Below are positions 1 through 9,291 of a stretch of DNA of 24,000 bases, in pieces. Within the stretch, counting starts at the first letter, position 1; each line of letters opens with the position of its first letter. The position numbers and the translations under genes were made by a program. The notes below the pieces were generated by a model, which did not search any database, was not told where the DNA came from, and was given only the letters and a program-made list of their open reading frames with translations. Source of the DNA: an uncultured archaeon (GTDB lineage: Archaea > Asgardarchaeota > Lokiarchaeia > Sigyniarchaeales > SOKP01); contig CAZGJX010000001.1 of NCBI GenBank assembly GCA_964525635.1, forward strand, positions 22,546 to 46,545. The letters are read 5' to 3'.

Positions 1-416
1 CTGAACTTATCTCCTTTTTTATTAATTGAAGCATCAGAAATAATTAAATCAAGTTTATCGTTAAAATACGAAGAGATTTGCTCTTCTATTTCTTTTTCAA
101 TTATATTTCCTTTTAAAATCTTAATATTATTAATCGGAGTTATATGTTTGATATCAATACCCATGATCTTATAATCATCTCTATGATAATATTTATCATT
201 ATATATTACTAAATTCTTTTCAGCGATTTCTTTAGCTACCTGTAACCAAGATCCTGGTGCGCTTCCTATATCTAATATATAAAAAGCTCTTTTAAAAATG
301 TTATATCTATGTTGAATATCCAATAACTTATAAGCAGAACGTGCCCTATATCCTTCTTTTTTAGCTTTAAGGTAATGAGGATCTTGTTTATGTTTAAATG
401 ATTTATTACTCGGCAT
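1..416 (-). CDS. rlmE: 23S rRNA/tRNA 2'-O-ribose methyltransferase, FtsJ/RlmE family (partial, runs off window start)
   Basis: Hand translation of the minus strand from ATG at 416: MPSNKSFKHKQDPHYLKAKKEGYRARSAYKLLDIQHRYNIFKRAFYILDIGGAPGSWLQVA...LDLIISDAS; the RSAYKLL..I and LDIGGAPGSW SAM-binding motifs are typical of FtsJ/RlmE. No stop before base 1, so it is missing from the ORF track. Confidence 0.88.
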   Translation of the reverse strand, partial: MPSNKSFKHKQDPHYLKAKKEGYRARSAYKLLDIQHRYNIFKRAFYILDIGSAPGSWLQVAKEIAEKNLVIYNDKYYHRDDYKIMGIDIKHITPINNIKILKGNIIEKEIEEQISSYFNDKLDLIISDASINKKGDKF

Positions 417-438
417 AAAATATCAATTTTAATATTTA

Positions 439-1653
439 TTAAGAAGTTAAAATCCTTTTTAAAGAAAGTATATCCATATTTGTTTTAATAGATGTAAAAT
501 CAAAGTGAGTTCTTGATGCTTCATACCCTGCTTGTTTTATAATTTCAATTAATTGTTCTATTTTTGGTATTCTTTTACATTTTAATTGTTTACATAAATT
601 ATGTAAATTAAAATAATAAGCAGGCATATTTATCTCGTCTTGACAATATTTTAATATTTTTTCCAATCTTTTTTTATTTTTAAAATCAGATTTCTCATTT
701 AATATATGTAATATTTCAATAAATTCAGAATCATGTATTTCATCTAGCCATAAGGGCCCAGCATAATTAAATTTATTCAATTCTCCACAAATTTTACATG
801 TATCTGGTGATTCTAAATTTCTTTCTTGAATTGTAAATCTATGACCACATTTTTTACAATGAAAGATAAAACCATAATTTTTAATATATTTTGTAATGAG
901 ACTTTTCTTCTTAAAAGTTTTTACAAACACTCTAATGAAATGATTTGAATAAAAAGTTAATAATGGAATTATTCCCATGTTATTGATATTTGCTATTCTT
1001 GAGATAAAATAAATTAAGATACGAGCCCCAATTTCTTTACAAAATTTATTATGTAAAGGTTTAGCCATATATTTTCTTAAACACGCATCAGATTTAACAC
1101 CAAATAAAACCGCAGTGTCTGTTGCAGTTATACATATCATTCCCTCTTTTTGCTTAATTGCTTTAAAAGCAGGATCAATATACTTATTAGGAGTTCCCCA
1201 AGGATCAATTGAAATCACGTCTGGTTTTTTATATTTAGATTTGAAAGCAAGAGTACTTAATAAATGACTTGCGTTTTTATCTAATACTTTAATCTTTGCA
1301 TTTTCCTCCACCAGATTATTCAATCTTAAATTAATATTAATTAAATCTTTTGCAACTGGACTAATATCATTTATATAGATCTTTTTAATATTTTTACATT
1401 CTTTTAATAATCGAATAGAACTCACACCTGACCCCGCCATTGAATCCACAATAATTATATCTCTTTTATCATATAACTCCTGATAGGCTTGGATAGTTAA
1501 ACTCGTAATATCGCGATTTATCTCCATTTTTTTATTATAAAAAACATTCATAGATTTTGATGGTATTGCATCTACATCTTCTTTAAAGATGCTAAATCTA
1601 GCTAAACCTTCTTCTAAGATTTTTAATTTATTATCTTTTTCTATTGGATTCAC
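439..1653 (-). CDS. trm1: tRNA (guanine26-N2)-dimethyltransferase Trm1
   Basis: 404 aa; IIVDSMAGSGVSSIRLLKE, YINDISPVA, DVISIDPWGTPNKYIDPAFKAIKQKEGMICITATDTAVLFG and a C-terminal CxxC...CxxC zinc ribbon, characteristic of Trm1. Confidence 0.93.
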   Translation of the reverse strand: MNPIEKDNKLKILEEGLARFSIFKEDVDAIPSKSMNVFYNKKMEINRDITSLTIQAYQELYDKRDIIIVDSMAGSGVSSIRLLKECKNIKKIYINDISPVAKDLININLRLNNLVEENAKIKVLDKNASHLLSTLAFKSKYKKPDVISIDPWGTPNKYIDPAFKAIKQKEGMICITATDTAVLFGVKSDACLRKYMAKPLHNKFCKEIGARILIYFISRIANINNMGIIPLLTFYSNHFIRVFVKTFKKKSLITKYIKNYGFIFHCKKCGHRFTIQERNLESPDTCKICGELNKFNYAGPLWLDEIHDSEFIEILHILNEKSDFKNKKRLEKILKYCQDEINMPAYYFNLHNLCKQLKCKRIPKIEQLIEIIKQAGYEASRTHFDFTSIKTNMDILSLKRILTS

Positions 1654-1876
1654 AGATTACATCTTAAAAATTTATTATTTTATACATCAAATAAAAGAAT
1701 ATCTCATATCTTCATATTAATTAATATTATCAATATATTAATTCATTTAATGTAATGTAGGATAATATAATAAGTATATTCTGTGCTATTATTGTTCCTT
1801 TACTTTGATATATTCTTTAGTTTATCTTTAGATCTTAATTCTTTATTAAATCTAATAGAATATCTTTCCAAAAATA

Positions 1877-2578
1877 CTAATTCATAAATCCAAAATCAGT
1901 CATATTTAATTTAAATTCTAGTACCTTATTTTTTGTAGAATGAGTTAGAATAAATTTCCTTTCTTTTAATTTTTGTGTTCTCTCAATTTTTAAAGCATTG
2001 GAAATCCAATAATTCATAACATTACCTCCACTTTGAATCTCTTTTGTTGATCCAATCTCAGTCTTTCTACTAACTTCATTTATTATTAATATTTCTACTT
2101 TGTATTTTTTATTTAAATATAATAAATTAGCTAATATCTGATTTAATTGATAATTAAGAGTAATAACATCTTTTTTTCGGTTTATATTTAAATTTAATCT
2201 ATATAAATCAGTTATAGAATCGATTATAATCAAACTAATTGATTTTTCTTCTATTAAATTCTTTAAAAATAAAAATTCTAGATTAAAGCTAATTTTATAT
2301 AGATTATCAAAATCTTTCAAATATATAAGAATAAAATTCTTTTTTTTTTGGGTGATTACATTATGTTGAGGCTTAAAAAGATTATTTATCTTATCTATAG
2401 GAAGGTTTGGTTTTGTATAAAAAAAAAGAACATTTTTATCATTTTTTATTGTATTTAAAGCTATTTGAAGAGCGTAAGTTGTTTTTCCAACTCCAAAATT
2501 ACCCCATATTGAAAAGATCCCATCAATAGGAGAATCTTTATCAAAAATAGTATTTAATTTAATTGTTGGAAAAATCAT
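1877..2578 (-). CDS. radB: RadB-like / RecA-superfamily ATPase
   Basis: 233 aa; Walker A GNFGVGKTTYALQIA, Walker B SLIIIDSITDLYR, NEVSRKTEIG...GGNVMNYWISNALKIER, as in archaeal RadB. Confidence 0.8.
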   Translation of the reverse strand: MIFPTIKLNTIFDKDSPIDGIFSIWGNFGVGKTTYALQIALNTIKNDKNVLFFYTKPNLPIDKINNLFKPQHNVITQKKKNFILIYLKDFDNLYKISFNLEFLFLKNLIEEKSISLIIIDSITDLYRLNLNINRKKDVITLNYQLNQILANLLYLNKKYKVEILIINEVSRKTEIGSTKEIQSGGNVMNYWISNALKIERTQKLKERKFILTHSTKNKVLEFKLNMTDFGFMN

Positions 2579-2624
2579 TTTTTTTATCTAGTTATTAATT
2601 TTATGATTAATTTATTATTATGAA

Positions 2625-2855
2625 TTGAATAAAGTTAAAATTTTTGTTCTGACAAATAATCCTAAATTCTTTTATAAAATAAATAAAGAGCTTAATGATC
2701 TAGGATATAAATTCAATATTATTGAATTTAAAGATATAATTCCTAATATTTCTTCTATTATTCTTACAACCTTGGAGGAATCTAAAAAGATCATAAATTT
2801 TAATAAAAATAAAGTGCTAATATTCCCTTATAACGAAAAAGAGGACTTTGATTAA
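2625..2855 (+). CDS. Small conserved-looking protein, alpha/beta pattern, translationally coupled to the next ORF
   Basis: 76 aa MNKVKIFVLTNNPKFFYKINKELNDLGYKFNIIEFKD...SSIILTTLEES; overlaps the downstream gene start by 8 nt. Confidence 0.6.
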   Translation: MNKVKIFVLTNNPKFFYKINKELNDLGYKFNIIEFKDIIPNISSIILTTLEESKKIINFNKNKVLIFPYNEKEDFD

Positions 2856-3483
2856 AATTTTTCAATGTGGGGCAAAGGATTATTCTAACTTGTTATTTTC
2901 AATTGATCCTGGACAAACTATTGGATTAGCTGTTTTCCTTGATGGATTTCTTTTTTATTCTAATTCTTTCTATGATAAGAAAAAACTCATTTCAGATATT
3001 AAAAAAACTATAAAGAATTTATCAGAAGATAATTTAACTCAATTAATTATATCCTTTAAATTTGGTAGAGGTGTTTTTTCTATAACTGTTGATCTAATCT
3101 CAGAGATCTATAAAATTTATAATGAGAAAGAGAAATTTAAAATTTATTTAATTAATGAATCAAAATCTTCAAAAATTAAACTTCATAAAATTTCTGATAA
3201 ATTATCTAAACATGAAGCATCTGCTGTAATACTTGCTCTTAGACCAGGGATTGAGGTAAATAAAGATAATTATTCAAAATTTATCGAATTAACTAAATCA
3301 GACAAAAATATACGAAAAAAAGTAGATGAAGAACTGACAATTATATCTTTTCTAAATCAAAATATTGACTTACTTAAATCAGTATTCCTTGATATAGTCG
3401 ATTGTAAAATACCTATTGATAAAGTTCTTGAATTTATTGAACAGAAAAAATTGATGAATAATATACCCTATTCAAAGAATTAA
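2848..3483 (+). CDS. Predicted RNase H/RuvC-like fold protein
   Basis: 211 aa from a TTG start; LLFSIDPGQTIGLAVFLDG resembles an RNase H-fold beta-1/beta-2 hairpin with an acidic residue; KLSKHEASAVILALRPG C-terminal motif. Confidence 0.6.
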   Translation: MIKIFQCGAKDYSNLLFSIDPGQTIGLAVFLDGFLFYSNSFYDKKKLISDIKKTIKNLSEDNLTQLIISFKFGRGVFSITVDLISEIYKIYNEKEKFKIYLINESKSSKIKLHKISDKLSKHEASAVILALRPGIEVNKDNYSKFIELTKSDKNIRKKVDEELTIISFLNQNIDLLKSVFLDIVDCKIPIDKVLEFIEQKKLMNNIPYSKN

Positions 3484-3520
3484 TAATTTTAGGTTAAAAG
3501 AGATTTTTTTTATTTATAAT

Positions 3521-3739
3521 CTAAGAATCTTTATGTTCATTAGAGTGAGAATCTTTACGTTTTTTTAATGCAATATCTACTGCTTTTTGGAGGTATTCCT
3601 CCCTTTTATTATTAAAATCAGGATCTGCCATATTAGTTATCATATTTTTTACCATAATATTTGCAATTCTTTCAGCATCATTTAGAGGTTCTTTCATTTC
3701 ATTATTTTCTTTTTTTTTTTCTTTCCCAGTATCATCCAT
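3521..3739 (-). CDS. Small charged hypothetical protein
   Basis: 72 aa ORF filling the gap between flanking genes; no recognised domain. Confidence 0.45.
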   Translation of the reverse strand: MDDTGKEKKKENNEMKEPLNDAERIANIMVKNMITNMADPDFNNKREEYLQKAVDIALKKRKDSHSNEHKDS

Positions 3740-3811
3740 ATACTTTTATCTCAACTTATTTTAAACAATTTATCAATAACTATTCTCTCGAAATATTATA
3801 CATTTAAAAGA

Positions 3812-4984
3812 TTAATTTTCTGGATAATTATGAAATAACTTACCCCAATCAGTTTTCATAAATTTCTCTATTCTTTTCTTTCCAATTGTTGGATACCAAA
3901 ACATATCATGATATATTAAAGATCCAAGAATAGGTAATGCCATAAAAGCTCTATTATGCATCAATGGTTCAATAAATTTTAAACGCCCCTTTCTAACCAT
4001 TTGATCTCCCCAGATTACGAGACTTCTTTTTACGGTGAAACTCCAATTTATATTGGAAACATCTTCTCCGATTATTTCGATTTGATCGAAATCTCCGCAT
4101 CCAAGTCCTTCATCATGTGCCAATTTTATAGCTGGTAATTTTAAAGGCTCAAATCCAAGCATTTTAGCCACAACGGTATCAACAGCAACTTGATCATATC
4201 CAGCAAGTAAATAATTTTTAATTCTTGGAATCATAGTTCTTGGTCCAGCACCATCACCACAGACTGTTCCATCCACTATGGCCATTATTTCAGGGTGAAT
4301 TTGTTTTTGGATAATCAGTAAATCAACTAATACTTCAGAAATATATTGATGACTAAAATGACGTCTTTTTGTTAAAAGCCCACCAAAAGCATTTTTCATA
4401 GCACAGGTAATCCCACCATTCTTCTGAGATTCATTTGTTTCTTTTAGAGATCCTCCCATAGCACCTGTATGACCATGGGTTTTCATTGTTGGTAAATGTA
4501 TAATTGGTTTTCCAAGATAAAATTTCGGAATTCTAAATCCCATTGGAAATATTTTAGAATCGAGTACATGTAATTCCTTATCTTTTAATGTTTCAAATTT
4601 TGATCTTAATTTTTCATTATAAGGAATAAATGGGATTTTAGTCAGAGGAACAAACCATGCACCATATTTTTTAATGATTGGACTCCATTTATTACCTTTT
4701 AGCCCCTTTGCTATATTGGTAACAACTGTACGATTTTCCGCAGTATAAAGGTTTTTTGGATTATATTGATCTTCCACCATAGTCTTAAGTATACCTTCTA
4801 ATTGCCATGGAGGACTAGAGCATGATGGAAAGAATTTTGACCAACTAAGATTAAGTTTAATAATTGTTTTAAGATCTTTTGGAAATCGTTTTTGATATTC
4901 TGCTAAATGCATCAGTTTTCTGTAATCTTCTAAAATAGTTTTATGAGATGTTTTTATGACGAAAATCTGAGGTTTTGCTTTCAT
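3812..4984 (-). CDS. DUF362 domain-containing protein
   Basis: 390 aa; IINLPTMKTHGHTG-like block (HLPTMKTHGHTGAMGGSLK), MAIVDGTVCGDGAGPR, YDQVAVDTVVAKMLGFEP, DUF362 hallmarks. Confidence 0.8.
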   Translation of the reverse strand: MKAKPQIFVIKTSHKTILEDYRKLMHLAEYQKRFPKDLKTIIKLNLSWSKFFPSCSSPPWQLEGILKTMVEDQYNPKNLYTAENRTVVTNIAKGLKGNKWSPIIKKYGAWFVPLTKIPFIPYNEKLRSKFETLKDKELHVLDSKIFPMGFRIPKFYLGKPIIHLPTMKTHGHTGAMGGSLKETNESQKNGGITCAMKNAFGGLLTKRRHFSHQYISEVLVDLLIIQKQIHPEIMAIVDGTVCGDGAGPRTMIPRIKNYLLAGYDQVAVDTVVAKMLGFEPLKLPAIKLAHDEGLGCGDFDQIEIIGEDVSNINWSFTVKRSLVIWGDQMVRKGRLKFIEPLMHNRAFMALPILGSLIYHDMFWYPTIGKKRIEKFMKTDWGKLFHNYPEN

Positions 4985-4994
4985 AATTAGTTAA

Positions 4995-5678
4995 TTAAAA
5001 GTAACTTCCTTTTTTTAATTTGTTAATTATTGTTTTCACATGTACAAGCGGATTTGAAAGAGAACCCATGCTAATAGATTTCTTTAATAAAAGACTATTT
5101 CTTATACTATCAAGAGATAGGTCAGTATCATTGATAAGAGTATAAGCATTTCCAATTTCTCCTCTCGTATGAGCATCAGATCCACCTGTTTCGAACAAAG
5201 AATGTTTTTTATTAAAATTTTTTGCTTTTTTAATGCAAGTTTTAAATATTATTCTAGAATTTAATATTTCTATTCCATCTATTTTTTTTTTTATAATTTT
5301 ATCATTTAGTAAATTTATTTTTAAATGATTTCGCCTTAAGAAATCAAAAGGATGAGGAATGATTACCAATCCATTATTTTCTTTAATCTTATCAACAACA
5401 TTAAAGAAATTATTATGTTTTATTGAAAATTCATGGTCAATAAAAAGACCAATAACTTCCCCTATATCAGTTTCAATTTCCATTCCGGGTATTACAATTA
5501 AATCATTAAATTTGGCCTCATTCTTTAATTGTTTATATGCTTTTAAATTATGATGATCACAGATAGCAAATCCATCTAAACCTTTTTTCTTTATGTATTT
5601 TATTATATCTTTTAGTTTAATATAAGAGTCTCCGGAATAAATAGAATGAATATGCAAATCTAATTTAATATTTACCAT
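4995..5678 (-). CDS. PHP-domain metal-dependent phosphoesterase
   Basis: 227 aa; DLHIHSIYSGDS, GFAICDHHN, PGMEIET, VIIPHPFD, ETGGSDAHTRGEIG. Confidence 0.88.
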   Translation of the reverse strand: MVNIKLDLHIHSIYSGDSYIKLKDIIKYIKKKGLDGFAICDHHNLKAYKQLKNEAKFNDLIVIPGMEIETDIGEVIGLFIDHEFSIKHNNFFNVVDKIKENNGLVIIPHPFDFLRRNHLKINLLNDKIIKKKIDGIEILNSRIIFKTCIKKAKNFNKKHSLFETGGSDAHTRGEIGNAYTLINDTDLSLDSIRNSLLLKKSISMGSLSNPLVHVKTIINKLKKGSYF

Positions 5679-5696
5679 ATTAAATCATCATAATTA

Positions 5697-6647
5697 TTAT
5701 AATTTAAATAAATCTATAAAAAAATCTAGAATTTCGTCACCATAAAAAGAATATAATGTTATTATCCCCATTATTAAAAAAGCGATAATTATTCCTGTAT
5801 CAAAAAATGCTTTTTCTGTATTACGAGCAATATCAGGTCTTTCTGAGGTTAAGTACATATATCTCATAATAATATAGATAAGAACTGGAATTGAAAGAAT
5901 CATAATTGAATTCTTATCATCTAATAGATTTACAGGTAATAATTGAAATTTATAAAATAAATAAAGACAATAGGAAATAAAAATAGATGTTGCTGTTATG
6001 TTATGAAAGTTATCTAATATTTTTATCGAATATATACTATAGACTTTCTTATGTTTAATTGCATTTTCTTGATGTCCAAACATCATTAAATCTCCCTTTC
6101 TTTTTGCTATAACCAAAAAGAGAGCTACTTCAAAAATTAATAAAAACAACCAGGCAGATATTCCTTCATCTATTAAAAAACATCCTGCCAAGGATCTCCA
6201 TAGATATCCTGTAGATAAAATTAAAATATCAACAAAAGCATAATATTTAAAGAGAAGGTTATATAACTGCCCTGTAACAACAATTGCAATCAATATTAAT
6301 ATGAAATTCAAATTAACTGGTATTAAAAATATCAATGAAAATATGATAAAGAAACTTAGAGCTAAAATCAAAAAAACGGCAAATTTAACAGATAATTCAC
6401 CTGAAGCAAGGGGTTTTTTATTCAATTTCTCTTGATGTTCTTTATCCCTTTCAATATCTATAATGTCATTAATAATATAATTAATTGATGAGGTAAAACA
6501 TAATAGAATGAAACCTATCATTAGAGGGAAGTAATAATCGATTTTGAAGAGTTTTTCACTGAAGAAAATACCAACAAATATTAATAAATTCTTATAGTAT
6601 TGTCTAATTCTTAATAAATCGATTATATTTTTAACTGAATTTGACAT
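5697..6647 (-). CDS. UbiA-family prenyltransferase, resembling decaprenyl-phosphate phosphoribosyltransferase (DPPR synthase) type
   Basis: 316 aa; LLRIRQYYKNLLIFVGIFFS, NDIIDIERDKEHQEKLNKKPLASGEL and multiple TM segments. Confidence 0.8.
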   Translation of the reverse strand: MSNSVKNIIDLLRIRQYYKNLLIFVGIFFSEKLFKIDYYFPLMIGFILLCFTSSINYIINDIIDIERDKEHQEKLNKKPLASGELSVKFAVFLILALSFFIIFSLIFLIPVNLNFILILIAIVVTGQLYNLLFKYYAFVDILILSTGYLWRSLAGCFLIDEGISAWLFLLIFEVALFLVIAKRKGDLMMFGHQENAIKHKKVYSIYSIKILDNFHNITATSIFISYCLYLFYKFQLLPVNLLDDKNSIMILSIPVLIYIIMRYMYLTSERPDIARNTEKAFFDTGIIIAFLIMGIITLYSFYGDEILDFFIDLFKL

Positions 6648-6684
6648 TATTTTAATATATAATTATAATTGATATTAAATTTTA

Positions 6685-9216
6685 TTAATACATTATTTTA
6701 TCTGGTTTTATTTTTTTTAGTATTTTATACCCTATTTTTGACATTCCACTAGTTTCAGATTTTAATTGAATCATAGCACTATCATAACTAAAACTAATTA
6801 AATCAAGTTGCTTTAAAGATAATTCTATTGTTTTGTTAAATATATTTTCAATAATAACAATTGTCTCTGATTCCTCATTTTTTGTTTTTTTATTTTTATC
6901 AAAATTAATTTGTTTTTTAGAAATCTCCTTTAGATATCCTATTTCAACATTATTCACAGGCTTCTTTAAATAAAAATAAGATCTGATTTTATTGTTCAAT
7001 AGCCAATTCAATAATTCAGTTTCAGATTTTTTATACCTTTCACTTTTTCTAATTGAATAATAGATATTTTTAGGGCGAACTATTAAGTCTTTTAGACTTA
7101 ATTTAAAAATCTCTTTTTCACTGTTATTATTGTGATTTTTCATCAATTCTAATGTATAATTTGTATCCCCTGTTTTTTTTACATTTATACATTCAGTTAT
7201 TTGCAATATTCCTTTCGATTTTAAGAATAGATCTTTTCCTTGGAAGGTTTTTATTAAATCAAGAGAAATAGGTAATTTTGTTTTTTTTATTGGTTTTAAA
7301 ACTTTTTCTTCATTATTATTTACAAAGACATAGTTTCCATCATTGTTTTCTTTATTAAATTCTATCTCTTGTAAGATTAACGGTATATCTTTATTAAAAA
7401 CATAATGATTTCCAAATTTAACTTCTGTTTTTGGATATAGGAAAGAATTAAGATATTCTATTTTATTATTTTTTAGGTTTTCTATTTTATATTGAAAAGT
7501 ATCAGATATATCATCAATAAATTCGATATCCTTTATTTTCCCTAATATTAATTTACTATTAATTATATTTTTAAAGAGATAATCTTTTTCAAATTCATCT
7601 TTGTATAAATCTCTTATCTTTAAATCTTTTAAAAGATTGGAAATATCTTCTATATCAAATAATTCCTTAAATTTATTATTAGCAATTTCCTTAAATTCTA
7701 TTACTTGTTTTTCAAATTTTTTTCCATATTTTATCCTTTTTGAATTTTTGGCACATAACAAAGGAAGAATTGCTTCCTTGTAAGGATTTATATCATCACC
7801 TAAAATTGCAGCAATTCTATGGTAACTAGGGGGATGAGAATTAATAAAATTACCTAAGAGAGATATTCGGGAAGGTTTTACCATCGAATGACTAATATAT
7901 TTTGCTGTATCAATGTAATCTAATAATTGGTTATCTTTTGTTATTTTTTCTTCACAGAGTAACATTGTATTTAAACCAGTTTCTCGTCCAGATGCATAAA
8001 AACTTTCCAAATTATATAATGCTTTTGTTAATTCTATTTTATAACCGGCTTCTTTGGTCCTTAAATCAGCATATCCTTCAAGAATTCTAACAAAGAAATA
8101 AAGAATAATATAAATACCTATATTAATTATAATAAAATAAATTAATGGGATCTGAGGATTACCAAATGTGTAATCATAAAAAGTAGCTGGGATTTTTAAA
8201 AAATACCTTACTATTAAATCACCAATGGTAATAAAAGTGAGTATAAGTATATGATTTCCCTTAGTATGAGCAAGTTCATGTGCAATTATACCTTTTAACT
8301 CATCTTCTTTTATATTTTCAATATCATTAGCAATTATAGCAATTCTTTTATTAAAAAAAGGTCCATATGCTTGAGCATTCAAAATAGGGTATTTTCCAAA
8401 TCCAACTCTTACTTTTCCTTTAATTCCTATATCTTTTTTTACTTCTTCGACGATATTTAATAACTTCTCATCTTTTACTTCCTTGATACCTAAGAGTTTA
8501 TCAATAAAAGCTCCTGAAATAAAGTATATTATAATATTTATAACAATTAAGATAACGTAAATAATACTTAAGAGATCAAACTTAATATTAAATTCTAGAA
8601 GGATAGGATTAATAAATTGGCTAAGGAAGACTACAAATAACCATCCAATGATATATAAGAAGATAACAAGATATTGAGGGCTCATAAATCGCCAAACAAT
8701 TAAATATTTTCTACCAAATAATAAAAATCCTAATCCAAGAATGATCCAAAAAGAAAAAGCAAAGGTGGTATCTAGGACAATGGATGAAGTTAAAATCTTT
8801 GATTTTTCTAAATATGAAGATATAACCCCTGCTATAAAAATAAGATTATAGGTAATTAAAGAAATAGTCAAAAGTTTGTTGATTATAGGATACTCTTTTA
8901 ATTCAATGACACCAATCCATAAATAGATCGAAAATGCTCCCATAATGGAAGTCAATATATCTTTAGTAAAAACATATATGATAAAAAAGAAAAAAGCCAT
9001 AGCAATAAGATCGCTAAGCTCACTCCTTTTTCCATTTTTTGCCCATACATAAAATTCTTCTATAGTAATTGCAAATAAACATATCATTACCAAAAAGGCC
9101 CAATCTGAAAAAAGTTCTGCTAGATTTATTTTCAAATAAAAATATATAATAAGAAATGTGGATAAAGATCCAATAAGATAAATCAATAATAAACTGTATC
9201 TAGAAAATTTATTCAT
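6685..9216 (-). CDS. M48-family zinc metallopeptidase with multiple N-terminal TM segments and a long C-terminal extension
   Basis: 843 aa; GIIAHELAHTKGNH (HExxH), ARILEGYADLRT-like glutamate helix (RILEGYADLRTKEAG), HPPSYHRIAAI. Confidence 0.85.
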   Translation of the reverse strand: MNKFSRYSLLLIYLIGSLSTFLIIYFYLKINLAELFSDWAFLVMICLFAITIEEFYVWAKNGKRSELSDLIAMAFFFFIIYVFTKDILTSIMGAFSIYLWIGVIELKEYPIINKLLTISLITYNLIFIAGVISSYLEKSKILTSSIVLDTTFAFSFWIILGLGFLLFGRKYLIVWRFMSPQYLVIFLYIIGWLFVVFLSQFINPILLEFNIKFDLLSIIYVILIVINIIIYFISGAFIDKLLGIKEVKDEKLLNIVEEVKKDIGIKGKVRVGFGKYPILNAQAYGPFFNKRIAIIANDIENIKEDELKGIIAHELAHTKGNHILILTFITIGDLIVRYFLKIPATFYDYTFGNPQIPLIYFIIINIGIYIILYFFVRILEGYADLRTKEAGYKIELTKALYNLESFYASGRETGLNTMLLCEEKITKDNQLLDYIDTAKYISHSMVKPSRISLLGNFINSHPPSYHRIAAILGDDINPYKEAILPLLCAKNSKRIKYGKKFEKQVIEFKEIANNKFKELFDIEDISNLLKDLKIRDLYKDEFEKDYLFKNIINSKLILGKIKDIEFIDDISDTFQYKIENLKNNKIEYLNSFLYPKTEVKFGNHYVFNKDIPLILQEIEFNKENNDGNYVFVNNNEEKVLKPIKKTKLPISLDLIKTFQGKDLFLKSKGILQITECINVKKTGDTNYTLELMKNHNNNSEKEIFKLSLKDLIVRPKNIYYSIRKSERYKKSETELLNWLLNNKIRSYFYLKKPVNNVEIGYLKEISKKQINFDKNKKTKNEESETIVIIENIFNKTIELSLKQLDLISFSYDSAMIQLKSETSGMSKIGYKILKKIKPDKIMY

Positions 9217-9291
9217 GTTAATTTCCTTTAATAATCAATATTTCTTCTAATTAATCACAATAAATATTTTTACCTATTATTTTTGGATAAT

